From Takakia lepidozioides (lineage: Eukaryota; Plantae; Bryophyta): 64,000 nt of DNA. Numbering within the stretch: position 1 is the stretch's first letter; every line of letters begins with the position of its first letter. The notes beneath the pieces were generated by a model that saw nothing but the letters and a program-made list of their open reading frames with translations, searched no databases and was not told the origin of the DNA. The position numbers and the translations under genes were made by a program. Below, piece by piece: positions 40,457-52,230 of this stretch. Location: assembly GCA_030704615.1 (NCBI GenBank), contig CM060731.1:22878001-22942000 (forward strand), read 5' to 3'.

Positions 40457-42045
40457 ATGATGAACCCACGACGGTGAGTGTTGGTCTTGTTTTACAGAAC
40501 CTTTTAGTGCACGTTTTATTTCTACGACAGTAGAGTGAAGGAAAGGGTGTTTTGAGGGTATCGATGTCTCGGGGGAGACGCAGATTCAGAATCAGGAGCG
40601 GCTGTACCCTTCCTGTGTATTGAGACGATCTCTCATGTGGTGATCGATGTCACGCCCATACATGCCACGGAACCATTTAGGACTTACAGGGCTGGATGTC
40701 TCCTGGATGAGCTCCTCCATAGAGCTTGCATTTGTCTCTCTCCCCATTGCTTCGGTTCTGCAATGAAAGCCTGGAGTTTGTTTTTGTAAATGGCATGTTT
40801 GCAAAGCTGATTCCGGACTGCACCGTCACCCGTACAGAGATTATCGCGGGAGTCGGGGACAGTTGTTCGATTCCCTGGAGGAAGGAGGACTGCGGGCATC
40901 AGCACCATATGCCACCTCCAATGAGATTGCAGAGCAGGAGAATGAGCGAGGGCTGGATGGCCTTCATGACCGTGTGAATGTCTTGAAGAGGGTACGTTCG
41001 CTTTTACCTCTTTTTTAATGGTTTACTATAGTCAGCACAATTGTGGAGTTTGTGCAAGATTGAAGTTGGGGGAGCTATTTCCCAGCTGGTCAGAGTGCTC
41101 CAACTTTGAATCCGGCATCAGAAACTGCAGCCTGCGAGTATTTCCGTTACTCCCCTCCTGCAGTAGATTTTTGTTTTCTCCTTCAGATTCTCAGCTTGCT
41201 AGTTTTTCAGGTGCGTTCTCATGTACTCTTACAGGAATGCAGACCCACAAAGATATTTGCACTGTGATCTGGATCATATTCTACAGTCGCAAGGGTGAAG
41301 ATTGGAAAGCAGTGTTTAGACCATGGAGAGAGTTGTCTTCTTATGGAAGCTCATTAGCTTGGTAAGTCAATTCCTCATTTTTCTATGAGAGAATGAGGAT
41401 AACAACTCAATAGAGGTGAGGGTGTTGCAGTTGACAACGGATATTAATGAGGAAGTGGACAGCCACAATCGGATGCTTGATCGCATGGTATTCGTCTTCT
41501 ACCCTGCCTATTGTACTTGGCCACAGATTTTTTACTGTTAGACGTCAGTTTGAACCCTAGAGCAAGTTAGCAGGGAACTACTCATAAGTGGCACAAGTGG
41601 TTTGGGTAGCCCATTCCTCCAGTTTCCTGGTTGCACATGCACAAAGCAGGCAGTTGCTGGAAGCAAATGTCGGGTATGCCACAGATATGTCCATGATCAT
41701 TTGGCTTGACAATTGCAGGGAAATGATATGGATGCCTCAAGAGGAATGCTGTCAGGGACTATGGATCGATTTGCAAGGGTAAGTTGGTGTATCATGCTGT
41801 GGGCATTACGATTTCTGCTTTTGGTCAAGCACTACCCTTCTTCTGTATGACAAGTCTAGATTGATTTCCTTCTGGTGAGTTCTCTTATTGAGACAGGTGG
41901 TAGAGAGAAATAGATGGGTCTATTACTCACAACTTGGTTGCTTGCCTGGGTGCAGGCATTTCAGACCAAATCAATGCGGAGTATTGCTACAATTGTGGCA
42001 ACATGTACTGTGGTGTTTCTTATGATCTATTATTTCACCAAATGA
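40457..42045 (+). CDS. BET1: BET1-like Qc-SNARE (BS14-type), 5 exons
   Basis: Spliced protein MMNPRR|DYRGSRGQLFDSLEEGGLRA..ENERGLDGLHDRVNVLKR|LTTDINEEVDSHNRMLDRM|GNDMDASRGMLSGTMDRFAR|AFQTKSMRSIATIVATCTVVFLMIYYFTK* with a C-terminal TM helix. Not visible in the ORF track because the exons are short. Confidence 0.93.
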
Positions 42046-43905
42046 AGGGCATCTGTCTATGTGTACAGCAGCAGCAAAGCCAAACAAATACAACCTACAT
42101 ATTGAGGTCTTTGTGGCTTCATAGACAAGTAAGAGAGAGCAGTCATAAGAGAATGTTGCCCCAGATTGGAGTTGGGATGAGGTTGCATCGCACATTGTGT
42201 GGATTGTGGTTGATGGACCTTTCTGGTCAGAGTTAGGCTGGTGTGAACTGACTGGTGTGAAAGCATTTTGTATCCAAAACACATTGGACGGCATGTATAG
42301 TTCATTCCATACTTGGGTTGATGATTTTTGTGGATGCTACCTCGAAACAGTGTGTAAATCAAGCAAGCGTCCACTATAGCTCCTCTCACCCTTTCTTCCA
42401 TTGGTTGATCCTCATTCACCGTAGTCCTGAGGGAAGACCTTCAGAATAAAGGTCCTGGAGGCTTTCCAGGGTGACGCAAGGTCATCGTTTTTTAGAGCGC
42501 GAGTAAACGGAAAATGTGCCCCTTTTTTTTTCTTTAAGGAGATGGAGGCTGTGATGACGCTGATTCCCCCTACCTGCATATTCCGTGGTATGAATGAGGA
42601 TGGATGACCATTACACAGCAATGAGCTAGCAACACCCATGTCAATTAAGCATTTGTCCTCACCTAAGCAGCTAGCTTATCCTCAACTGCCTGCATGGCAT
42701 CTGACCTGGCTAAGCACTTGGATGAGAATCTGTGGAACCAATCAAGAAAGGCCAAGCTGGCTGATGTGATTAGGGTGATGAATTATATAAACATGGGTGC
42801 ATGCCTGGTGTTCATTTTGTGAATGATGGAGGAAATGTGTTCTAGTTGTGGATGAGCGGGAAATGGAAAGCAAGTATTTGAGGTTCTCAGGAGGGGATCC
42901 TTCCTGCCTCGCTAGCTACCTCAACCCAACTGCATCCCCCATTTTAGCTCAAACTGTTAGAGGAAGAGGAATAATCTTGGGAACAAGAGTCTTGGTGAAG
43001 ACGGTTGGCATCTTTTTTGTTAGTGTTGATGCTCTACAGGGTGTTTGGAGAGGGATATAGAGGGAAGGACAAGGTACCATGGCGGTGCAAGAGAGTATGG
43101 GAGAGGTTTCCAGGTTTCCAAGGACAGTCGATTGTTAGGTTGTTGTTTAGGGAGCCTTCCATTTCACCAAATGCTTCCATGGAAATTGGGGATGGTGCAG
43201 AAATGTTTGTGGGGATCCCAGTGACAACTTGTTTTAGTATTGTGATGCGACTAGTTCAGTTGCGTAGAGCTCATTTTGTAATTGGCAGCAAGCGCTTATG
43301 AGTCGATTGTAGTGTAGTGTTTCTGCTGCTGAGCAATTGGAAAGCATGTTGTATACTTGGACACCCTCTGCACACGGCTGCACACGTATAACTTCCAGGA
43401 ATTTGGGGTACATCTGCAAAAACAACTAATTCAGCCCAAAATGGGCCTTAAAGGCGTTTAGGGGTTAATCTTCTGCAAGAGCTCAAACAAGGTTTTATGA
43501 GGACCGGCTTCTTTTGGGGGCGACAAGCTTAGTACCCTGCCTTAGTAAGATAGCGGCTATAAACCCTTTATACTTTAGAGTAGAATATTCCAGGCACCTT
43601 CAACAGCTCCCCTGACGTGGCGGCAATGGTTTCATCCATATGGCAGGCATTTGTCAGAGGAGAGATAAACGCACCAACAGCAAGCAGAAACACACAGATT
43701 TAGAAGCATAAGTGCTGCATAACATAATGACAAGGGAGCATAACATATGCCACCCAACAGAGCAAATGGATCATACTACACTGTACAGTGGGAAAGTTTG
43801 GTGTTAAAATTTGATTCTTGAATCGGAGGCACCACAGCACAGATTGGAACAGTAGTACTTAACTGACAAGCAACACTGACTGATTTAGCGAGAGAGAAGG
43901 TGGGC

Positions 43906-46757
43906 ATGGCGGTGCTTGGATCTGTATCAGTCAGTATACCACATTCAAAACGTTGTCTGCACGACCCCACGTTTGATAACCCTTCTGTTTCCCCCAGTCT
44001 GTCCCTCTCTGCAAATGTGTGGATGGGTTCTACAATTTTGTCTCCGGTTCTCCCTCATGCAGCCCCGTTACACACTGTGTTTTGCTACTCTTCCGGTTCG
44101 GTAGCGTCTTCATCCGACCCACAACTTCCTCCAAGCTTTGATAATTGTAAGCGCTTTCATTTAAAGTCTACGTTTCGAGCAACCCATATGAATGCTTCAG
44201 TTATTAGGCCTGGGGACTGCGTTCTGTCCCCAAGAGTGTCAACTGCACTGCCCTTGTTAGTTCCATCACGAGGATTGTTGAGACAACAGCGGCATAGGGT
44301 AGCGGTGTTACAACAAATTAGGCAACGACTGCACAGCGTGAGAGCATCCTCACTCAAGGATAGCGAGCCAGAAGTTTTGCGGCAAGTTGATGAACACCCA
44401 CCTCACATTGAAGTAGAAAGACTACAGCCTGTTAGAGGTGGAGAGCAACAAGAGCGAGATGGAAGTGAGATTTTGACGGAGGAGGGGAAGGGTGATATCC
44501 TGGATCAAGCTAACGACGGCGTTTCTGAGCTGCCTACAACAAGGGACCGCATTGACGAGGGAGTCGCTCTTAGAGAAAATGTGGAGGAGGATTTGTCTGT
44601 TGCAGTACAAGGCACGGTAGTAGCCACTGTGTCGCTGCTTGGTGTCTTGGGGGTGTTTGGCGCGGTTGGAATTTTCTTCAAGGACCAGATCAATGATATT
44701 CTCAGCCAATTCGCGGATCTCATTGAAGGTTGATTCTGCTTCCTCTTCGTCTTCCTTCCTTTTCCCCCCTCATAGATTTGTACTGTCCCCTTCTCCATCT
44801 ACTTGGTGCGCACTGCAGACAAGGCTTCTCATTTTGAATCCAAACAATGCATCTGGACTTTTTAGTGGGGTAATTTGTTTGTGAGCTTTGGATGCATTTT
44901 ACTCCAGAGATGATTGCTTGATTTCCTTTCATGGTCAGAAGGTACATCCTTATATCAAACAAGGACAATCTGGCTTTCCGTTGAGTATGGATAGACACCC
45001 TATGGCAAAAGAGTTTCAGTGGGTGCATAAGCTGTTAGGGTTGGAGGGCCTCAGTAATGCGAGGGACTGAACCTGGTACGGGGTGGGCTTGGATTGGGGG
45101 TTGCAGCCTATGGGCCTGCAGGCTACGTGATTTTTGTGCTTACCTATGCTGGCCTTGAGGTACGTTATGGTGCCCTACTCTCCTGTCTCATTTCTCACTG
45201 CTAAGTCCATGGCTGTTGGGTTTCTATAAGTCCCTGTGTTCACAATCTGTGGACTGGGTTGGCCCTCTTCCTTTCCCTCTCTCCCTTGCTTGTAACAGGA
45301 TGAGTTATCCCTTCTCCCGGTGGAGGATGTCTTGTAAATTTGTTGAAGAAGGACTACCAGTAAGTACTTTGTCAATTGTGGAAACATGCCGTAGGTAACA
45401 TTTTTCGCCCTTTCCTAACCAATACGTTTTGTGAGGATCTCATAGAGGATCGAGCATTACATGAAGTTCAAGGGGGCTTTGGACAATACCCTACTCTCAT
45501 CCAGAATCTCTAGAATCCATTCAAGTGGGGGTGCCTAAGGAGTGCATGTCAGCACTCCAGAACAGCTCCAAAACAGCCACTGTGGCTTCGGGGTGAGTTT
45601 GGCATCCCTTCCTTAAGCTCCCAACGAGATGAATTCAAGGTCAGATGGTGGGGTCAGCTGCAACATATGTCCAACATCACATATCCTAAGTTAATCGACT
45701 CTATATCTTGGAAGCAGGATTGCCCTGTCAAACAGGCTAAGTCCTGGCGGAAGAGAGTAGAAGAGATTCTCAAGGATCTGAACCTAAGCCGGCAAGTCAG
45801 TCTGTGACATGGGGGAGGACATCATGGATGACCTCAAGGGTCTACCTTGGCACTAGACTGAAATTTAAACTCAGGACGGGAAGCCTACCTTTGAACAGCA
45901 AACAGAAGCAGAGAGGAAAGGGAGAGTGCAATTGCCGGTTGTGTGGGCAACCTGAAGACAATATTCATGTTCTGATTCATTGTCCGGGGTTCTCTCACCA
46001 GAGAGACGCTCTCTTCAAATCTATCAAGGGAATTGTGCATGTACCTCTGTTTACCAACTTTGAAAGTCTCGAGGCTGAGCCAAAAGCCCAGGCCCTTTTG
46101 GGGCCTACTTATTGGGCAAACCACACATAGCAGGTTGATGCTCATGTAAAGGGATTTCTAGAGGATATCTGGAAAACCCGGATCAATTGTTTATTCCAAG
46201 GTAAGTCTTACTACCGGCATCAGCCCTTGACAATGGTAGGTTCTGTCCCTTTGTGTTCCGCTCAAACTGGGCGCGGGGTCAATGGCCACATGGCTACAGC
46301 AAACAACGTCTTATGAGTACATTCTCATCCAGAAAAGGATGGACAACCCACTTATGTCTGCTTTTTAGATGTCTGAAAAGAACCGTTCCATGATGGACTT
46401 AGGTTCCGGGTTGGCCTTGTATTTTGGAGGGTAAGGTGGCAAGTTATATAGTTTGGAACTGCAGATTGATGGCAAGAAATCTCACTTTTTCAGCACATTT
46501 CGGGGTAGATCAGGGTTTCGCTCTCTTACTGCCTAAAAGAGAGGCACTGTAAAAGAGTGGACAGAACTGTTACCACACCAGTACTCTGTTTGATAAGATC
46601 TAGCAAGTGCTGATCCTGTGGTCTGAACTCGGGGTGAGTGCTAGTATTGAATGGAGGTGCAATAAAGATCTGTCTTGTGCAGAATTATCTTGTTTCATAC
46701 TGCAAGTCTTGGTATTGGTGCGGACGTTTCTGTAATGATTGTAGGCCCAGTTATGCT

Positions 46758-46804
<47 letters not shown>

Positions 46805-46828
46805 CCCTCTCGCTCTCGCTCTCTCTCC

Positions 46829-46867
<39 letters not shown>

Positions 46868-49568
46868 GCTCAAACTGGGCGCGGGGTCAATGGCCACAAG
46901 GCTACGGCAAACAACGTCTTATGAGTACAATCTCTCTCTCTCTCTCTCTATCCGGAAAGTTGTTCAAACTGGCAAGGGCAAAGCTCTGGGGCTCACTAAA
47001 TTTTTCCACTGCAGAGGGGTCACCTCTGAGGTTAAGAAAACCATGCTTTGTCGCGTTATTAGACCTGCCTTGGAGTACGGATCTGCTATATGGGTTGATA
47101 ACTCCAACCAGGCTAAGTCTCTAGAATCCATTCAAGTGGGGGTGCTTAAGGAGTGTATGTCAGCATGCTCCAAAACAGCCAATGTGGCTGTTCGGGGTGA
47201 GTTTGGCATTCTGTCCTTAAGCTCCCGACGAGATGAATTCAAGGTCAGATGGTGGGGTCAGCTGCAACATATGCCCAACACCAGATATCCTAAGTTAATC
47301 GACTCTATATCTTGGAAACAGGACCGCCCTGTCAAACAGGCTAAGTCCTGGCAGAAGAGAGTAGAAGAGATCCTCAAGGACCTGGACCTGGATCCGCAAG
47401 TCTTGACCCTGCTGGATAAATCTGACTTAGAGGCTGTAGTGTCCTCAGCCATGTCTGTTGCCATGAGATTGTCTGATGAAAATGAAGTTAGGCAGAAAAC
47501 TTCCCTGAACTTGTTTCCAGTCTGTGACATGGGGGAGGACATCTTGGATGACCTCAAGGGTCTACCCACTCTCGGCACTAGACTGAAATTTAAACTCAGG
47601 GCAGGAAGCCTACCTTTGAACAGCAAACAGAAGCAGAGAGGAAAGGGAGAGTGCAATTGCCCGTTGTGTGGGCAATCTGAAGACAGTATTCATTTTCTGA
47701 TACACTGTCCGGGGTTCTCTCACCAAAGAGACGCTCTCTTCAAATCTATCAAGGGAATTGTGCCTGTACCCCTGTTTACCAACTTTGAAAGTCTCGAGGC
47801 TGAGCCAAAAGCCCAGGCCCTCCTGAGGCCTAGTTTTTGGGCAAATCACACACAGCAGATTGATGCTTGTGTGAAGGGATTTCTAGAGGATATCTGGAAA
47901 ACCCGGATTAATTCTATATATGAAGGTAAGTCTTACTACCAACGTCAGCCCCTGACAGAGGTAGGTTCTGTCCCTTTTGTTCCCGCTCAAACTGGGTGCG
48001 GGGTCAATGGCCACAAGGCTACGGCAAACAACGTCTTATGAGTACAATCTCTCTCTCTCTCTCTCTCTCGCTCGTAGCTAACAAACAAGAAGTTGGTAGC
48101 CTGGAATGATGTGTCTGTTCAGAATCACACTGATATGTGCATGAGCCCATGATTCATGTTTGCTTTCCTTATCTATTTGGTGGGGGGTTGGGCAACCAGG
48201 TGCTGGCACTACCAGCCATTCCCTTGACGATGTCGGCAGGCTTTCTCTTTGGTCCTCTATATGGTACCATCCTGGTCTCTATAGCAGGCACGGTATGCCC
48301 ATTTCACTATGTTACTTGCAGCTCTTTCCTCCATCAGATAGAAAGTCAGAGTTTCCTACCCTGTGATGCTGGTACTTACAATTTTCATGCCATATACTGG
48401 AGATCTGCTGCAGACAGAGGAACTGCATGTTGATGGACGATGGGTTTGTGATGGAATGATTGTCAATTGCTTTGTAGGACAGCTGGCAGCCACGGGGGCA
48501 TTCTTGATTGCGCGATATTTGGCACGAGATCGTGTGTTGAAGCTGGCACAAGGCAACAAAAAGTTCTTGGCAATTGACAAAGCGATCGGTGAAGATGGGT
48601 TTTGGGTGGTTACACTATTACGTCTGAGTCCCTTGTTGCCGTTTTCTCTTGGAAACTACCTTTATGGCCTTACTTCTGTCAAGCTGCTTCCCTACGTGCT
48701 TGGCAGGTACTTGATAGAGCTGTAGTTTAACATTGTTAATTTTGTATCATCTGTGAGATTATTTGATTACTAGCTCTGTACTCTCTCTGTCCCACTATAC
48801 CGTCATGCAAAAAGCAAGATGCGAACGACAAAGTAACATGCAAATTATAGAATTGTCCCCGTTTCTCTTCCTTCTTTGCGTCAATGCCCTTTCTGACTAA
48901 TGTGGATTGGGTTCAAGTGCAGCTGCTTGGGGATGCTACCAGGAACATGGGCATATGTGAGTGCAGGTGCACTTGGGAGGGCCTTCATTGTAAGTGTTCT
49001 TTCTCCCCAGATTTCTCTGCCAACTTGCTGCATTTCTTACTTTGGTTGTTATTCCCCAGCTGCTGTTGCCTCCTGTAGAGAGAGAAAAGAAGTGTTGTAT
49101 TTATTAGACTCCACTTACCATAGCCTCGCGACAAGCGACCCTGCACTGAGTTCAGACGGGAGCAGAGAGGAGAGAACTATCTGAAGTGCCTTGGTTCTTA
49201 CAGCGGCAGGAGTCAGAAGAACTTTTCCCAGGAGGCCCTGGACAGCTGTGGACACTGGGAATAGGGCTCGTGGCAACTGTGCTTGCAGCATCCTATGTGA
49301 CTCGCATTGCCAAGGTGAGCTGGGTCTCTAAATTGTATTTGTATGTGCCCTTTGCTACTGAATTCAAAATCTAGATGACATTCAGGACACTTGTGTGATG
49401 TGAGAACTTGGCATGTAGAAGCCATCAAAGTTGGTTGTTGCTTGGAGGTCAATGAGATAAGCTCAGGGGATGCGTTGAACCTTGTTTGAACATGCTTGTG
49501 TTCTTTTTGTTCAGTATCTGAGAACACCTTAATGAATTCCACAGGATGCCGTGAAGGACCTTGAGTAA
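43906..49568 (+). CDS. TVP38/TMEM64 family (SNARE-associated/DedA-VTT) membrane protein with putative plastid transit peptide
   Basis: Motifs YGPAGYVIFVLTYAGLE|VLALPAIPLTMSAGFLFG, AFLIARYLARDRV..KFLAIDKAIGEDGFWVVTLLRLSPLLPFSLGNYLYGLT, LGMLPGTWAYVSAGA, and end DAVKDLE*. Confidence 0.92.
45507..46322 (+). mobile_element. 5'-truncated, internally deleted non-LTR retrotransposon copy with a 12-bp target-site duplication
   Basis: Homologous to 47119-48046 but lacks ~47400-47518. Flanked by the direct repeat TCTCATCCAGAA at 45495-45506 and 46323-46334. Confidence 0.9.
46759..46950 (+). mobile_element. (TC)n microsatellite containing a minimal (~70 bp) 3'-end copy of the non-LTR element
   Basis: A ~100-bp TC tract, then TTCCCGCTCAAACTGGGCGCGGGGTCAATGGCC..GAGTACAA, then (TC)n. 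Confidence 0.88.
46951..48070 (+). mobile_element. Longest (1.1 kb) 5'-truncated non-LTR retrotransposon copy: RT thumb/C-terminal region plus CCHC zinc knuckle (RTEX/RTE-like, clade uncertain)
   Basis: Open frame with IRPALEYGSAIW..LESIQ..TANVAVRGEFG..RWWGQL and CPLCGQSEDSIHFLIHCP. Stop at 48039-48041, then GTACAA(TC)n. Confidence 0.9.
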
Positions 49569-51794
49569 AAACGACTTACTGGAGGTCATCCACATGTAAG
49601 AAGGGACCACATGCGCTGGTTTGCCTTATGCTATATGAAGGAGCTTGAACTGAAGTTTCTTCAGTATGGTGGGACCGATGCCAGGGCCAAGTTTCTTTGA
49701 CTTTGAAAGCTTGTGTATATAAAACCAGTGCCTCACTGCCTATTTGGACTGAAGGCACATACAAATGCTACAGAAGTTGAGTATCGTGCTGGAGAAATGA
49801 GTGCTTATTCTTTACCTGTGAGTCGCTAGAGAGTTTGTACCTCCGAGTCTTTTCAATTCTGCACAACAGGTAAGCATTGTATCATGTTGTGTATCGCAAA
49901 AGATGTAATATCAAGGCTGTGTGAAAATCATTTTAAGGTAAATCACCTATTCATTTCCCTGGGCTCCAGCTAGTATACATGCTAGGTGATGTCTGCTGCC
50001 AGCATACATATGTGTTTTGAGTTGTTTCGAGTCCTGTGTTGAGATGGCTTACAATCGGTTACTGTGGTGCTGTGGCACCATTAGATCCAGAAAGGGAGAA
50101 GCTAGATATCAAAGAGAAACCGGTCTTTGAAGCCATGACCAAAGCGTTGAAGAAACTCCAGCCAGTCTAGATATTAGTGGGTGGATTAGTGCCTCATTTT
50201 GCCCAGTCTACTTGAGTTTTACTGGTTTAGCTCCTGATGCTGCTGCAAAGTAGGTACGAATCTGACATCCAAGGCCTGCCACTAAAGTATCTAGCTGCAG
50301 GATGCTTAAAAGACCAGCTGCAACCTCTTGAGCCATCGGCAAAAGCAAAGAAGCAACTGTCTAGAACACAGGCATTGATACTGTGCGACATCACAGTTCC
50401 AATTCAGTATATGGCAGATGTGTGCTGTATGTTCTACAAGCACATAGTACCTTCTTGCCATGGAAGTAGTGGTCAATCGGTTGGCTGCAGGATGGGCTTT
50501 TGCTCTCCAAACTTCACAGTATGCTCTAACTCTCTACTTTCCTCTGCCTCTTCACTCTCATAACTGATTGTGCCATGTAAAGTTCTACCTAGAGCCTCTT
50601 TCTGGGCACCTACTGGGTTCACCCTGAGTGTTTTGCACATCCACACAAAGCATCCTTCAAGCGGTTGGATTTGTGCAAGAATCGGGTGGAGCCTTATAAG
50701 AGCCAGCTCATTTCCCTATGTCACATGGGGTATCGGTGCAAGTCAAGGATGATTTTTGGTCTGCCCTGTTTTTCATAACACCAGATCCACCTGGTGGCTA
50801 TTACCTTTGCACTACATTGACTCTAGTCAGAGAGTATTCAATACTTTAGTGGGGAAATTGTCTCTTTTAACTGTATTGGGCTTAGGTATTTGACATGGGT
50901 ACACAAAATTGTATTTGTAGAACTGTAAGAACTTATGATGAGACTCTCAGCTTTTTGGCATCATATATGCAATTTAAGACCAATTATGCGGATATTATAG
51001 TGGGCAATATCTAAAGCGGTGGCTTTCATCTTGGTGGGCACAAAATGTGCTTGTTTTGACCGTTTCATCATGGTTACGCCGTGTCGTAGGCAAAGCCACA
51101 ATACAATCCATGCTTATGGATTCCCATTTACCATGGGGTTGCAACAAACCTGAAGATTTAATTTTTTCAACTTTTGAGACCTAACAAGGAAAACATCTGG
51201 CAACATAATCACGTATCTGTCCTTTCATCCCTTTCCAGAAATAATGCTTCTTTATCATCATATAAGTCTTTGAAACCCCGGGTGACAAACAATTGGGATG
51301 TTGTGAAAATGATGAATAATGTGTAATGGTAATTCCTCAATCTGAGGTACACATATCCGGGTAAGTAGGTAAGTACCGTAGTACAACACCCCATCTTAAG
51401 TATGCATAATCAATATATGAAGCGAGACGTTTGTTTTGTTTGTTTGTTTTGTTTTGTAGAGTTGAGATGTCCCAAACTGCGGGGCCGCACCCTGTGCTTG
51501 GTACCGTTGGAAAGCCCACGACGAAGAGGGGTTGGAAAGCCCACGACGAGGAGGGGACGAGGAGGGGTGCACGGGCTTGGTCTCATGATTTGCGGACCTG
51601 CGGCGTGGGAGATGTGGAATTTCAAGTACTGGTCGCTGAAAATTTACGAAAAATTGCAAAGTGGGCATTCCTGGGACAATGGTTGGAGCCTCGATAGGAG
51701 AGATATCAAGGGAAAGGTCTCAGGTTCAAATCTGGTCGTAGGCTCTGTGGGAAAAAATGATTAGATATGGCTTGCTTCATATATTGATGCACTT

Positions 51795-52165
51795 GGACTT
51801 AGATGACATTGGACAATTGGGCCAAAGGCACATGCTACCCTAGAAGTCGCACTTGAGCCTCGATATAGGAGACGTACTTGGATACATAGGGATTGCACTT
51901 GGACTTAGATGACAAGTTGGACACTTGGGCCAATGGCACAGGCTACCCTATATCAGTAATGATTGGATATATTACTACTCAATAAATTCATGGAAAAAAA
52001 TTAATCGGGCCTTGACATGGAAGAGGTACTTGGATACATAGGAGATTACACACTAGGCTTAGATGGGCCTCGACATGGGAGACGCTCTTGGATACATAGG
52101 AGATTGCACTTGGGCTTAGATGACAGTGGACACAGCTTGGGCCTCTACATGGAAGATGCACTTGG
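51795..52165 (+). repeat. Degenerate tandem repeats upstream of the CACTA ORF
   Basis: Recurring modules GGACTTAGATGACA, CTTGGGCC, GCCTCGA(T/C)AT(A/G)GGAGACG and CTTGGATACATAGGAGATTGCAC, 3-4 copies each. Confidence 0.7.
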
Positions 52166-52230
52166 ATGGTTGTTCATGCTAGGTTTTTTTGGTTTGATTC
52201 ATACTTGGGCAAGTTTTCATGGATTGGCAG

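Noticed and set aside
42410-42540. Possible Pol III ncRNA ending in a T-run
   Set aside because: No tRNA, snRNA or 7SL motifs recognised.
46638-46950. N-terminus of the 467-aa ORF as a real protein start
   Set aside because: It is read-through of intron sequence, a (TC)n tract (LSLSLS) and a short element tail. The retrotransposon copy is 5'-truncated at ~46951.
47980-48050. Hammerhead or HDV ribozyme in the retrotransposon tail (CTTATGAG resembles CTGATGAG)
   Set aside because: The core mismatches, and no GAAA or three-stem arrangement could be built by eye.
50810-50825. CACTAC as the left TIR of the first CACTA element
   Set aside because: The match ends after 7 bp (CACTACATTG versus CACTACAAGAAATGAGCG) and no ATGACTA subterminal motifs follow.
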